From IMG/VR virus record IMGVR_UViG_3300029922_000029, positions 1-64,000 of that record: a stretch of DNA of 64,000 nucleotides; one strand, written 5' to 3'. Positions 49,988 through 60,926 of this stretch are shown here, in pieces; the stretch's first letter is position 1; the number at the start of each line of letters is the position of its first letter. The notes under the pieces were generated by a model that saw only the letters and a list, made by a program, of their open reading frames with translations, was not told where the DNA came from and ran no database searches. The translations under genes were made by a program, and so were the position numbers. The stretch comes from a virus.

Positions 49988-50512
49988 ATGATTATTCCGC
50001 TCGATGTCCAAGAACAGAGACCTATGGTTGAGCTTCCCCTCCGAGGTGTAGATCTCAGAGCCTTTCTGCTTCGCGTAGAGTTCGCATTGATCGTCCAGGC
50101 ACTCGAACGAACGAGCAACCACAAGACTCATGCCGCCGAGATTCTTCACATCAAACGTTCCACTTTGATAGAAAAGATGCGGCGTTTGGGATTACCTTTG
50201 TGCGTGAAGACTCGCCAGACTCCGGACACCGGAAGTCTCAAAGACAGGGCAAATGCGCATACAAAACGAGTTCAAGCTAAGAAAAAAAAGAGAGCGCGGC
50301 TAAAACCTAAATTAGAAATACAAAAAGAAGAAATCATCCATCGTGTCATGGGACTAATGGGATGGGACGCCGATAGGGCTGCTGTTTGGTACCGCACCTC
50401 TAACCCAAACTTTGGGGGCGCATCAGCTGATCATCTTGTTCAAATGAATCGCGGCCGCAAAGTCTTAGCCTTTATTGAATCAGCAGAGAAAGAAAGTAAG
50501 CCAGCCGCCTGA
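49988..50512 (+). CDS. Fis-HTH fused to an MbcA/ParS/Xre antitoxin-type C-terminal domain
   Basis: ALERTSNHKTHAAEILHIKRSTLIEKM and AAVWYRTSNPNFGG...GRKV. Confidence 0.75.
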   Translation: MIIPLDVQEQRPMVELPLRGVDLRAFLLRVEFALIVQALERTSNHKTHAAEILHIKRSTLIEKMRRLGLPLCVKTRQTPDTGSLKDRANAHTKRVQAKKKKRARLKPKLEIQKEEIIHRVMGLMGWDADRAAVWYRTSNPNFGGASADHLVQMNRGRKVLAFIESAEKESKPAA

Positions 50513-50571
50513 ATCCGCTATGAAGTAGAATCGTCATCCTTTCAAACTACAAACACCACCGGAACCCCACC

Positions 50572-52317
50572 ATGAAAAAACTGATTGTGCTGTTTTCGGC
50601 CATCTTGCTCAGCCTGCTCTATTACACCTTCACGTTGACGGAGTCCTTGTCAAACAGTGAATCTCAGGAGAACAGTAAACAAGCTACCATCGACGACCTC
50701 TCGAAATGGCTTGCCGAATCGCGACTTCAAACGATCCAAGCTGAAATCGAAATCAAAAAGAACAAGCTCATCACGGAAGCAGAATGCTCCATCAGGCTTC
50801 TTGAGGTTGCGAAGAAGGCCGAGCCACCTCAAAATGATGAATCCGTAACGGATCCGCAAGTTGTTTGGACTTCGGCTTATGGAACTCGGGAGACTTCGGG
50901 GACATCTGTCAGTGATCGATATGAAAAGGAGCAGGCAAATGAGTAAAATAGGTAAACCGATCCGATCGAGACTGAATCAGGTTGAGCGAGGAGTTTACGA
51001 AAAAAATCTTTCAATGGGAAGTATGAGAAGCGCTAAGGAAGATGCAGAAATCATTCTAGAGTTGGATGACGCCCTAATCATCATGACGAAGCGTTACGAA
51101 GACCAGCTTTCATGCTGGCAAGTCAGCGAGCACGAATTCATCACGAAACGTGAAGCAGGTTATCTGGCGAAAATAGCCGAACTTGAGAAAAGACCGGCCA
51201 CAGGGCCTCGTGAGTGGTCAATAACGGAACAGTACATCATCGACGGCCCAGATCTGATTGAAGGCGAAGTGGTTACGGTCGTAGAAGTCTTGGAAGGAAA
51301 ATAGTATGGATAGCAGTGGAAAAATTCATCATCTCACAGAAGAAGAATCAGCAGCAACCAAGCTTCGGTATGACGCCGAGACGGCGGCAGGAGAGAAGCA
51401 CGAGATGACTCCCATCACGGAGAAGCTGGCTCGATTCATGGCTTCACGGAGCAAACTCTTTCGGGAGACGTGGGGTAGGAAGTTCTCTCGTGGGCTCACG
51501 CCAGTCGAGAAGAATGGGCTACAGACGATGTTGTTCGAGTTTCTCCACAAGGAGAAGGACGCGCAACTGAAGAAGTTGGGTGATATCCCCATGCAGCGTC
51601 ATCAAGCAGCCCAGATTGTTATGGCCCCAGAAGGAGAGCGAAGTCATGAAAGAAGTATCGCAGCCGAACAAATCCTTGGAGAGCGAATCCGCGGGCAACG
51701 AGTCGAAGACATGCCTGACGGAAGCTGAACTCAAACTCATCGACAGGGCATGGAAGTCGGGTCAATTCCAGAATTATGTGCAAGGGCCTGCGAACGCCAC
51801 GATGCTTGTAGCAAAGATGGTAAAAGAAATTAGGCGTCTGCGGATAAAGTGCGGGGAAAGCCGGATGATTATGGGTTACTTGGTCCCTTGGGATACCTGT
51901 AGCATCTGCGGAAACAAGGCAGAATCGAAGGAGGACCTTTGTGGTCATCTTAGGGTCAACAGAGATCAGGTACACCCCGATCCACTTCGGCCACTGCAAA
52001 AGGTGCCGGAAGATCCGAACGTTTAAGTGTACTTTCTCACTGCCATTCGTTATGTATTGGTGCAGTCACTGCCGATTAGGTGGGTCGGCCACAACCTTGA
52101 GAGAATGGAGTAAGAAATGCAGGTCACGCAAATGAATCTGATCTTCGATGTTTTCTTTCTGGCAAGTCCTCTCATCTTGTTGGGCATAGGCATCTTCCGC
52201 TACCTCGAGCACGGGTGGGGTGCCTGCTGGTTGGAATTTCTGTTTGCACTCTTTCTGTTGTGTTTTGTGGTAAATTCGGTGCGGGAAATGGGCTGGTTCC
52301 CGGCGAGTGGGTATTAA
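50572..52317 (+). other. Run of small hypothetical and membrane ORFs
   Basis: ORFs at about 50572 (TM plus coiled coil), 50939, 51306, 51645 and 52132 (2 TM). Confidence 0.65.
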
Positions 52318-52341
52318 GCTGATGACGGCGAAAGGTTGTTG

Positions 52342-52593
52342 ATGGCAGCACATACCGTTCAGTTCATTGTCTACTTTGATGATTCCAAGAAGCGTCGCAA
52401 TCTTTGCTGGCCGGGAACAAAGGAGAAGCTCCCTATTCCATCCTGCGAGTTCTGTCACCGGGAACCACCCGAGGTAAAACGGTTCTTGATCTTAGAGGGG
52501 GTATCTCTGTGTGCGGAGTGTGTGGAGCTCGATCTGAAGAGGATGCGGGAGACCGAAGAGCGTTCTGAACGCCAGAGAGGGATAGAGAAATGA
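52342..52593 (+). CDS. Stand-alone ClpX-type C4 zinc-finger protein
   Basis: CEFCHREPPEVKRFLILEGVSLCAECVE resembles ClpX CSFCGK..EV.KLI....V.ICDECV. Confidence 0.75.
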   Translation: MAAHTVQFIVYFDDSKKRRNLCWPGTKEKLPIPSCEFCHREPPEVKRFLILEGVSLCAECVELDLKRMRETEERSERQRGIEK

Positions 52594-53000
52594 GCCACTA
52601 CTGCGGCCACGGATTCATCAAGGCTTGCCAGAAATGCTTCGACGAGAAAATGGGCGTTGCCCAAGACAGGATCAAGACCCTCGAGAAAGCTCTCCACGAA
52701 CTCTGTGAGCTCAAGATCGTCAAGGATGTGCAGGGTGACGTGCCCTGGTATCGGGAGCGTAAGGGGCCGGCATGGGCGAGTGCTTTTGCTTGCTTTCCGG
52801 AGTACGCCAAGGAGGAGGCTCTGAATGGAGCAGAAACTTCGTAAAAACGTAGGAGATGTATTGCACCTCGTGGTATCAGCACTGACCAAAGCTAAAATCA
52901 CACAAGATGACTACAACTTTGACAGGTACAGCACACTCCTTAAGGCCAGGCTTCTCACGCAAGCTGAAATTAATGATTGTATGGAGTACCTGGAGCCTTC

Positions 53001-53333
53001 ATGAAAACCGTCATCAAGAGCAAAAATCTCAGTTTCCAAGAAGCAGTGAGTGCCTGGAAAACCGACAAGCGCAGGTTCAGGCGAAAGGACGATGAGTACT
53101 GGCATGAGATGCACGAAGGAAAGTTGACCCGTGGCGAAGGCGGCAACGGGATCCGAGGACTCACTGTAGATGATGCTCTGGCTCAAGATTGGGAGCTCGA
53201 GCAGATCTATAGGCAGTGCAGTGCCGAGGAAATCATTGAGGCCATGCTCATCTCTGTCCGTCAAACCGCTAACCATCGTCTGGGCCCTATGGAGCATCTG
53301 AACAATGCTCTGATTGAGCTCGGGCTCCTCTAG
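53001..53333 (+). CDS. DUF2829/Tad2-like protein
   Basis: LSFQEAV.A......RR...LTVDDALAQDWE. Confidence 0.5.
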   Translation: MKTVIKSKNLSFQEAVSAWKTDKRRFRRKDDEYWHEMHEGKLTRGEGGNGIRGLTVDDALAQDWELEQIYRQCSAEEIIEAMLISVRQTANHRLGPMEHLNNALIELGLL

Positions 53334-53486
53334 GAGTTATCGTATGTACAACGGTCCCCTGAAAAAGACGCCGCCTGGATTTGGTCTGAGTCTATTCGTC
53401 TTGATCCTGAGTGTAGGTTTTGTTACATCAGGCAGTATGCTTCTCTATATTTCATACAAACTAATTCGCGCCGCAGGAGGTCATCC

Positions 53487-53723
53487 ATGAAGAAGGTCCA
53501 CGTAAAACAAGTCCCTGAAGCCGAAGTCCCCGTTGAGATCCTGGCCTCCTCGATTGTCCAGGTCGCCGCCGGCATGAAGCGGATCAATGAATCCCGGCTG
53601 ACTCGTAAGGCACTCGTTGTGCTCCTCGTTCATGATACGGGCTTGGGCCACGGAGCCGTATCCACTGTTCTCGATAGTCTCGACTCACTCGAGGCTACGT
53701 ACCTCAAACCCCTGAAGAAGTAA
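53487..53723 (+). CDS. Conserved phage hypothetical protein
   Basis: AGGAGG RBS. Confidence 0.75.
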   Translation: MKKVHVKQVPEAEVPVEILASSIVQVAAGMKRINESRLTRKALVVLLVHDTGLGHGAVSTVLDSLDSLEATYLKPLKK

Positions 53724-53758
53724 CTGAAGATTTGTCCGGTGCTTTCCCGGGCAATCAT

Positions 53759-53994
53759 GGCGGTGGGTCGTAAGGGTCGAAGTGCGGTAAAGTCCAAACT
53801 AGATTCCTGAACTCACCGCCTGAATTTTACAAAGATTGTCGCGGCGCTGGCTCTGTTTTACCGCGCGGTACCTAAACGGACCTAGGTACCCAGGGCGCGA
53901 CATGATGGCGGTGGGCGTAGAGGCCGGGTTTGATCCCCACCTCTCGTGGCAATATGGTCTGGCGCGGCCAGGCTGATGAAGCCGACCCACCGCC
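53759..53994. ncRNA. Three consecutive stem-closed RNA-like domains
   Basis: GGCGGTGGG...CTCACCGCC, TGTCGCG...CGCGACA and GGCGGTGGG...CCCACCGCC in an intergenic gap. Confidence 0.45.
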
Positions 53995-54025
53995 TTATTT
54001 TAAGTTTTTCTGGTATAGGTTCAGT

Positions 54026-54529
54026 ATGGCAACTGCAATCAAAATGACATCCGCCGATATCGAGCTCGCCCTCACACATGCCGGTGCGCCGCTTTGCAGG
54101 CGGCGTTGGGTCGTGGTGCCCAATGTGAGTTGGGGATGGGGCCTTCGATATGAGGCCGATCTGATTGCGCTCAGCAAGACCGGCAACGCTACTGAGGTAG
54201 AAATCAAAGTCAGCAAGTACGATCTCCGTGCCGATGCCGCTAAGGATAAGTGGAAAGATGGGATTTCAAAAAAGATCTCTAGGTTTTTCTATGCCGTACC
54301 TTCTGAACTAGAGCAAGAAGCTCTAGCCGTCATTCCGCCCGACTGCGGGCTCTATGTCGTTACTGAATCTAAGTCAGGTCTCCGGACAGCTAAGATAGTT
54401 AGACCAGCAAAGGAGCGCGCTGGATCCCGAAAGCCAGATGCCGAAGAGATTCTGAAGCTGCACCATCTGGCCTGCATGCGGTATTGGGATCTCAGGAGTC
54501 GGCAGAACACAAATCGAGCTCAATCGTGA
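54026..54529 (+). CDS. MmcB-like PD-(D/E)XK nuclease
   Basis: EADL...EVEIKVSKYDLRAD..K.KW...FFYAVP. Confidence 0.8.
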   Translation: MATAIKMTSADIELALTHAGAPLCRRRWVVVPNVSWGWGLRYEADLIALSKTGNATEVEIKVSKYDLRADAAKDKWKDGISKKISRFFYAVPSELEQEALAVIPPDCGLYVVTESKSGLRTAKIVRPAKERAGSRKPDAEEILKLHHLACMRYWDLRSRQNTNRAQS

Positions 54530-54538
54530 AAGGTCTAG

Positions 54539-56028
54539 TTGGACATGAGTTATACAGAATTGAAAGTACGGTTTCCGGTGGGTCGAAAGGATTATTCTTG
54601 CGAGTGGTGCGCGCAAACCATTCCTAAAGCCGAAAAACATTTTCACCGCACCTATATTTGGGAGAATGAATTCAATGATGGTCGTATGCATTTGGAGTGC
54701 GAAAGGGCTATGCACGAGGTGCCACGTGAGCATCTAGACGAGGGTTGGACTCCAGGTGATTATGCGCGCGGATCAGTTGACAGTATTTGAAAAAGAAAGG
54801 ACATCATGCCCAAGAAAACCAAAGTAGTAGCGAAGAGCATCAAAGTCTATCCGGCGAACATAAGGAAAGCATTTCAGAAGGAGATGGATCAACAAGCGAG
54901 GTCAGTAGCGCTCCATCAATCCAAGTCCAGATCAAACCGACCAAAGCCCCATCGGTTTGTAGTGATGCTCAACCAAGAACTCCTGGATGCGCAGATTCAA
55001 GAGGTGCTCCGCTTGAAGGAGAAACACGCCCTTCGGGGGAAGAGCCCAGTGGTCAAGGAAGTTTTTGTTGATTCCGATGATCTGTTCTATGGGATTCTCG
55101 GTGCATTGAAAGATATGCCATTTGCGCTTCCGATCAAAGAGCGGGCTGCATTCATAAAACTGAGAGTTGCTAAGGTTTTGGAGGAATCGGGTATTCGGGT
55201 AGGCCTAACATGAAATCAAAGCTAACCGTTCGTAGAGAACTCAACCGCCTCGTGAGAAGTGAGAAGAACATCAAGGATCCAGTCGAAGCATCTAAAGCAT
55301 CTATGGTCTTAGCTCTTCGATGGGTGATGGATGATGGCACTCACGGCACTTTGCAGCCCAGCAGAATCATCGAGATGATGGAGCAGGTATCCAAGTTGCA
55401 CACCAACAGAAAAGGAATCACGAATGGGTTTTGACGTGACACATGACTGACTGGGTGATAACACTCCCCAAGGCTATCGAATGGTCTGATTATGAGAAAG
55501 AGTTCGCAGCAGTCAAGGACTGGAGCCAGGTGATGAATTATCGCCTGGCTCGTTTCCCCAAGGGCTTACAGTCTAACGACCGGTGCTTTGTCTGCTACCG
55601 CGGTAAGATCAGAGGTTGGATGCGGATCGTGAGCTGGAAGCTTCATTGGTATGACATGGTTTGCTCCACCACCGGAGCGCCCTGGCCGAAGGGTTTTTAT
55701 CTTCACCGATCAGGCCCGTTCACTTATGTAGACGGACCCGAAATGCGGGGATTTCAGGGTATAAGGAGACTGAAGCATGAGTAAGACCTACACAATCAAG
55801 CCTTTCACTCTTGAAGGTTTCCGCGCCGTAATGAAACAAGTGATGGAGGCCGGTCTGCAAGCAGAGCCGACCCTGTGCTTCAGATGTAACCGTCCCTTCG
55901 ATGGAAGACTTCCCAGGAATCATGCCCTAGTGAAAGCTTTCTGTGCGCTCTGCCTAGCGGAGCCCGATATCGAGGATTTCCAACGAGCAGTCGCTTATTT
56001 AAACGGAGTTAAAAATGAAGATCGATGA
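54539..56028 (+). other. Small hypothetical ORFs
   Basis: Coupled ORFs at 54539 (CEWC...H..C), 54806, 55210, 55443 and 55777. Confidence 0.65.
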
Positions 56029-56362
56029 AGCAGCAAAGACAGGCTTACCTCTCAGAAGAAGCGGCTGGAGTGATTGGTTGACCGAACAAACCTGTGCAGG
56101 AACCATGGGAGGAGACAGTGTTCAGGCCCTCTGTTTTCCTGATCGAGTCAATCCTCATTTGGATTTTGAGGATCTTACGGCAGACGACTGGGAAGTCCAG
56201 CACAAGCCCATGAACCTGATTGAGGCTGTGCAGAGTGGTAAGCCCTTCAAAAGATCAGGCTGGGTAGAATTCATGGACTTCGCGAAGAAGTCTCCTGCTC
56301 AGGCTCAAGGCTTTTACCGCGAAGACCTTCTGGCGACTGACTACATTCTGGAGGACTCGTGA
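56015..56362 (+). CDS. Tandem DUF2829/Tad2-like protein
   Basis: Two repeats: EAAKTGLPLRRSGW...EDLTADDWE and EAVQSGKPFKRSGW...EDLLATDY. Confidence 0.6.
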   Translation: MKIDEAAKTGLPLRRSGWSDWLTEQTCAGTMGGDSVQALCFPDRVNPHLDFEDLTADDWEVQHKPMNLIEAVQSGKPFKRSGWVEFMDFAKKSPAQAQGFYREDLLATDYILEDS

Positions 56363-56742
56363 TCCAAAGCGAAACCGCACCATTCATCAGAGGCTCAACC
56401 GAAATCATCGTCACCGGCGGCCGCGACTATAAAGATGCTAAAAGAGTGCAAGAAGTCCTGACCCTCTTCTATCCAAAAACCATCATCCAAGGCGGAGCCA
56501 AGGGTGCCGATCATCTCGCCCGAATGTTTGCGTCCGAGTTCAATCTCAAGTGCGTCAGCTGGCCGGCCGACTGGGACCAGTGGGGCAAGGCAGCGGGCCC
56601 GAGGCGAAACAAGGAGATGATCTTGGCTCATCCGAACGCAATTGTTGTAGCTTTTCCTGGTGGGGCCGGAACGGAGAACTGTGTGGAGTTTGCGATCAGG
56701 CAGAAGAGATTGGTTCTCAGGGTGGAGCCGCAATGGACTTAA
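56359..56742 (+). CDS. DUF2493 / YspA-like SLOG family protein
   Basis: VTGGRDY, GGAKGAD, PADW..GKAAGPRRN..M and AFPGG.GT motifs. Confidence 0.9.
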   Translation: MIQSETAPFIRGSTEIIVTGGRDYKDAKRVQEVLTLFYPKTIIQGGAKGADHLARMFASEFNLKCVSWPADWDQWGKAAGPRRNKEMILAHPNAIVVAFPGGAGTENCVEFAIRQKRLVLRVEPQWT

Positions 56743-58862
56743 AACCCCACCCTCTCGACAACACCCTGATTCAGTACATCAACGCCGCAGAGGATGCTGG
56801 GTATGAGTGGGAGATCAGCGGTGGTCGCATGAGCAAGGAATCGTCCGTGGTCTTGCATCACGCTATCGATAGGACGGTATATAGCACGGACTCACAACCC
56901 AACTACGCATTCCACAGCGCCCTCAAGAAAGCAGGAGTTATCCGTGAGTAGGGTGGGTTGGATCGAAGCAACCCTTTTGTTGTTGTTTTTGGGTGTCATC
57001 GCTTATTTCACTATGCAATTGGTCATACAATAGGAGAGCCGAATGAGTCAGGAAACCCTCGTAGAAAAGCACCTTCGCGGCGCCACAACCGAAGAAGAAG
57101 ACGAAAGACTCGAGGCCGACCCGAAAGCCTGGAAAGACGAGCTGACCAAGATCATCATCGATTGTGACCGCGAGATGCAGACTGCTAAGGCTAGATCGAT
57201 CGAAGAAAAAACACCGGCCGCGAAGCTCGCCTACGAACAAGTGAAGATCATCTGTATCGCGAAGAAGCAGAAGGCTGTCGAGGTTTCGCGTGAGCTGAAG
57301 GAACAGCTACGGGGGCCGAGTCACACTGAGAGTACGAGCGTCCTGTCACAGAAATCTCAAATGGTTATAGAGTTGCAGGCGATCCGGGCTATCTTGGAAA
57401 GAATGGAGCAACGAGCATGAGAAAATGGGGACAGAAAAAGTATCGACCAGGAGCGGTATGGCAGGCAAAAGACTACGATACTTCGCCGCAGCCCGTACAC
57501 TTTCAGATTATTGCACCTGGCGAATTTCCGAATGAACGGAAGTGCACCATCATCCACAAGTACTCGCATCACGAAAAGCATAACACGGAGGGTGTCTACA
57601 CGCTCAGGCATCTGAAGAAGCACTTTGTTTGCATCAAAGAAGGAAAATGATATGAGAGACCTGAAGATCAACCCAAGCAATTTTGAAATCAGCCTCAGGG
57701 AAGAGAACCTCGAAAAGGCCGTCGACCGAACTGAAATCAGTGCTGCTACTGTCTGCATGATTTTTGGCGATCAAAGCGTAGAGCAATGTATAGACGCGAA
57801 AGAGGCCGCAGCCATCGGGAAGTGGTTCTCTGCTTTGGCGCTTCGCCTGAAGCAATTCGATAAACGGGCCAACAAAATCGCACCTCAGCGTGAATCTTCG
57901 GAGTGCTAACCATGAAAATTATAGTCGGTCACATCTGTTTGATGATTTTCCTCATGAACGTATAGTTGCTTCTCCACCCCAGAATGAAGGTAGATTTTGT
58001 TGCTGCGCTTATCTGGGGCGTCTGTCTGGGTATTTTTTCTGGAGCAGCTCATCTGCTGCTTTTTGGGTAAGCCGTGAAAAAACGAATCAAAGTCTTCGTG
58101 GGTAGAAGTAAGGACTCCAACTGGGAGCTCGCTGAAAAGATTGGGATCGATCTCAATACGGCAGCGGTTAGTGAATTCTCTCACCTCGCAACCGAAGTGG
58201 AGCTCATAGTCGATGTAGACACTGTATCAGGCAGACATGAGATCGTAGCCTGTGATGGTAAATTCCTCGGAGACGAATTGGTTAGTTCCGGAGAAGTCGA
58301 GGTATGCGAATGAAACTTTTATTTGCTGCCGTCTTTCTTCTGATGGTGGGGTGCGCTTTTACGGTCATTGGCTACAGACACGTTGTGTCAGGCTTTCCGA
58401 AAATACAGAAGCCCAAATGACCAACGAACAGCAAGTCCAGTACCTCGCGAAAGAGTACGGGTTCAATGAGGTGATGCAAGCGGTCTTGTTGAAGGCATTG
58501 GACCACGCCTTCAACCAGGGTATGATGCACGTCCGCGTGGACCGTCAATACGTGAGCGTGCACGGGACTGATGGATGCCTGAACTGTGAGACCGGCCGTA
58601 TCACGACCTATGCCCATTCGAGGTGGTGTGTGGAGTGTTTACATGAGAAGGAGACGAGAAGATGCAAAAAATAAACCAGCTCAAGATGGCTAAGGCATCC
58701 GCTTCGATCGGATACGCGATCGGAGTCATGGAGGGTTTAGCTGATCTCTGTAGGGGGTTGAATAAGAGACAGAAGGAATGCCTCGACGATGCTTGCGAAG
58801 GGCTACAATCCATTGATCTGTGCGAGATTATGGGAATCACGGGGGAGAGGCCCGATGCATAA
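56733..58862 (+). other. Run of small hypothetical ORFs
   Basis: ORFs at about 56733, 57043, 57417, 57652, 58074, 58417 and 58662. Confidence 0.65.
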
Positions 58863-59466
58863 GATCTGGCTGACCTCTGACCAGCACTTTGGACATCGGA
58901 ACGTTATCACCTACTGTTCTCGGCCCTTCAAAGATGTGGATCACATGAAAGAAGAGCTCGTGAGTCGGTTCAACGCAAAGGTGAGCCATGATGACATGAC
59001 TTGGCACCTGGGCGACTTCTCCATGCATCCGCGCGAGCTAGATGTGCTGCGAAGACTGAATGGTTGGCATGCCCTAGTTGTTGGAAATCATGATGGCTGC
59101 CATCCGGTTCAGTGTAAGAGCGATGAAAAGCTGAAGCGACTGACGCAAGTCTACCTGGATGCTGGTTTCGCTGAGGTATCTACCGAAGATAAACTAGTGA
59201 TGACGGATCACCCGTTTGAAACCATTAAACTCCATCACATGCCGTACAGTGGTGACCACGGAGAGAAGGAGCGATTCACGCAGTACAGGCCCCAAGATGA
59301 CGGACTCTGGCTACTTCACGGGCACGTCCATACGGAATGGAAAGTTCGTGGTAAGCAGATTAATATCGGTGTTGACCAGTGGGGCTATGCGCCAGTAGCA
59401 CTCGACACGATCAAAGAGATCGTACGTAACAAGGAGAATAAAAATGACGGTCACGCTGACAAATGA
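58855..59466 (+). CDS. Calcineurin-like metallophosphoesterase
   Basis: SDQHFGH, LGD, GNHD, HMP and HGHVH motifs. Confidence 0.92.
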   Translation: MHKIWLTSDQHFGHRNVITYCSRPFKDVDHMKEELVSRFNAKVSHDDMTWHLGDFSMHPRELDVLRRLNGWHALVVGNHDGCHPVQCKSDEKLKRLTQVYLDAGFAEVSTEDKLVMTDHPFETIKLHHMPYSGDHGEKERFTQYRPQDDGLWLLHGHVHTEWKVRGKQINIGVDQWGYAPVALDTIKEIVRNKENKNDGHADK

Positions 59467-59840
59467 AGGCATGTGGTTTGTTTCTTTTGTAGTTCTGGTA
59501 GGTGCGATAGCCGGGGGGCTCTGCTTCAACCACCTTGTGTCGCAAATCAAAAAATGAAGATCCGAGTCGAAGACGGATTCGGCCGGCCAGTGGGGATGCT
59601 AGAGATTCCGGAGAGCTTCACCGCCCAGGTGTCCGTCCGGATTGAGTGGCATACTAAGATCAAGCACGGCCTGAATGAGCACGGCTACGTGCACAGTATC
59701 GTTCTACCTCTTGGAGAGGTCATACCCTATGGCTGGCACATCAGGACCGGTTGGAAAGAGCGGGAGCGGCTCAAACGTGCCGGGCTTCTGTTGCCTTACG
59801 AGGAGATCATACGGTACCGGCTGAACGAGGAGAAAACAAA

Positions 59841-60212
59841 ATGGGTGAAGATTTAGTCAGGCCAAGCGGTGAAGATCGAGTCAGTGTAAGTAATGAAGAT
59901 CGAGTCAGGCCAAGCATGGGTGCTCTAGTTAGTGCAAGCAGTGAAGGTCCAGTCAGTCCAGCCAGTGGCGCTCCAGTCGACCCCAAAGAGAAGTACCTCC
60001 TGATTGTCCGCCGCTGGAAATACTACTGGATGAGTCAAGAAGACAGCTACCCGGAACGCGCTAGGAGGGTGGATGCCAACATGGTCCATGACCTGGCTCG
60101 AAGGCTGGCTGATGAAGAGTTCGGGCCTACCTCAATCACGAAAACAAAGGAGAATGAAAATGGTGAAGATCGATCTGGCAGACCTGAAGAAAATGTCCCA
60201 GGCACTCCTTAA
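59841..60212 (+). CDS. Hypothetical protein with an N-terminal 8-aa repeat
   Basis: GAGGAG RBS; about six 24-bp units. Confidence 0.65.
   Translation: MGEDLVRPSGEDRVSVSNEDRVRPSMGALVSASSEGPVSPASGAPVDPKEKYLLIVRRWKYYWMSQEDSYPERARRVDANMVHDLARRLADEEFGPTSITKTKENENGEDRSGRPEENVPGTP
59847..59990 (+). repeat. Degenerate 24-bp tandem repeat, about six copies
   Basis: Units resemble GAAGATCGAGTCAGGCCAAGCATG. Confidence 0.75.
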
Positions 60213-60926
60213 GGATCCGACCAATAACAAGGCCCACACTGAGTTCCGGATTCAGTTCAATCCGATTTTAGTGGCTCACTTGCTCGACGACCTCGAGTAT
60301 GCACTTAAGCTGTTGAAAGAGGGGAAGACCAAATTCGCGCCCCACACAACAAACAGTAATGTGGATGATTTCCTGAAGAAGTATGAGGTGAAAGGGTGAA
60401 AAAATTCGAGAAAGGTACCCGCGTCCGGTTTCATGGGTTTGCCTGGAATTCAGCATCCATGACAGCTGCTCTTTGTAAGGATGTCTGCCGCCTAGTTGAG
60501 GAGGACTTCGATTGGCCTGTGCCTATCATGTGGAAAGTGAAAAATGAAATCTCTGGGCGAACCCATATCGTCCATCCTTTTCAATGTAGGAAGATGAAGA
60601 AGCAGGACATATGAGAGTTAAAAACTACAGTAAAGAAACAGTGACGACCGAAGACCTTAAACGCCATAACGAAAAGTATTCGGACTCAAGTGAAGAATCA
60701 CGTACTCCTGAAGCCATCCTCGCTGACTTTCAAGATGAAGACTCTGCAATCAGTATGATGGAACTTCACTATCTGGCATGCTGGCTCATGACTGAACGTG
60801 AGCAGTTTAAAAAAGCACTCGAGGAGATTGACAGTTTCGATGCCGATCCATTTCTTCATAACCATGCCAACCCGGCAATGTGTGCGATCTGTGTCGCTAA
60901 GCGAGCCCTCGGAAAAGAGGAGTGAG

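Noticed and set aside
53973-53979. Hammerhead ribozyme core CTGATGA
   Set aside because: No stem II followed by GAAA in the required position.
59847-59990. CRISPR-like periodicity
   Set aside because: The units are contiguous, degenerate and in frame, with no unique spacers and no cas operon. The Cas4-like protein at 39290 fits a phage exonuclease.
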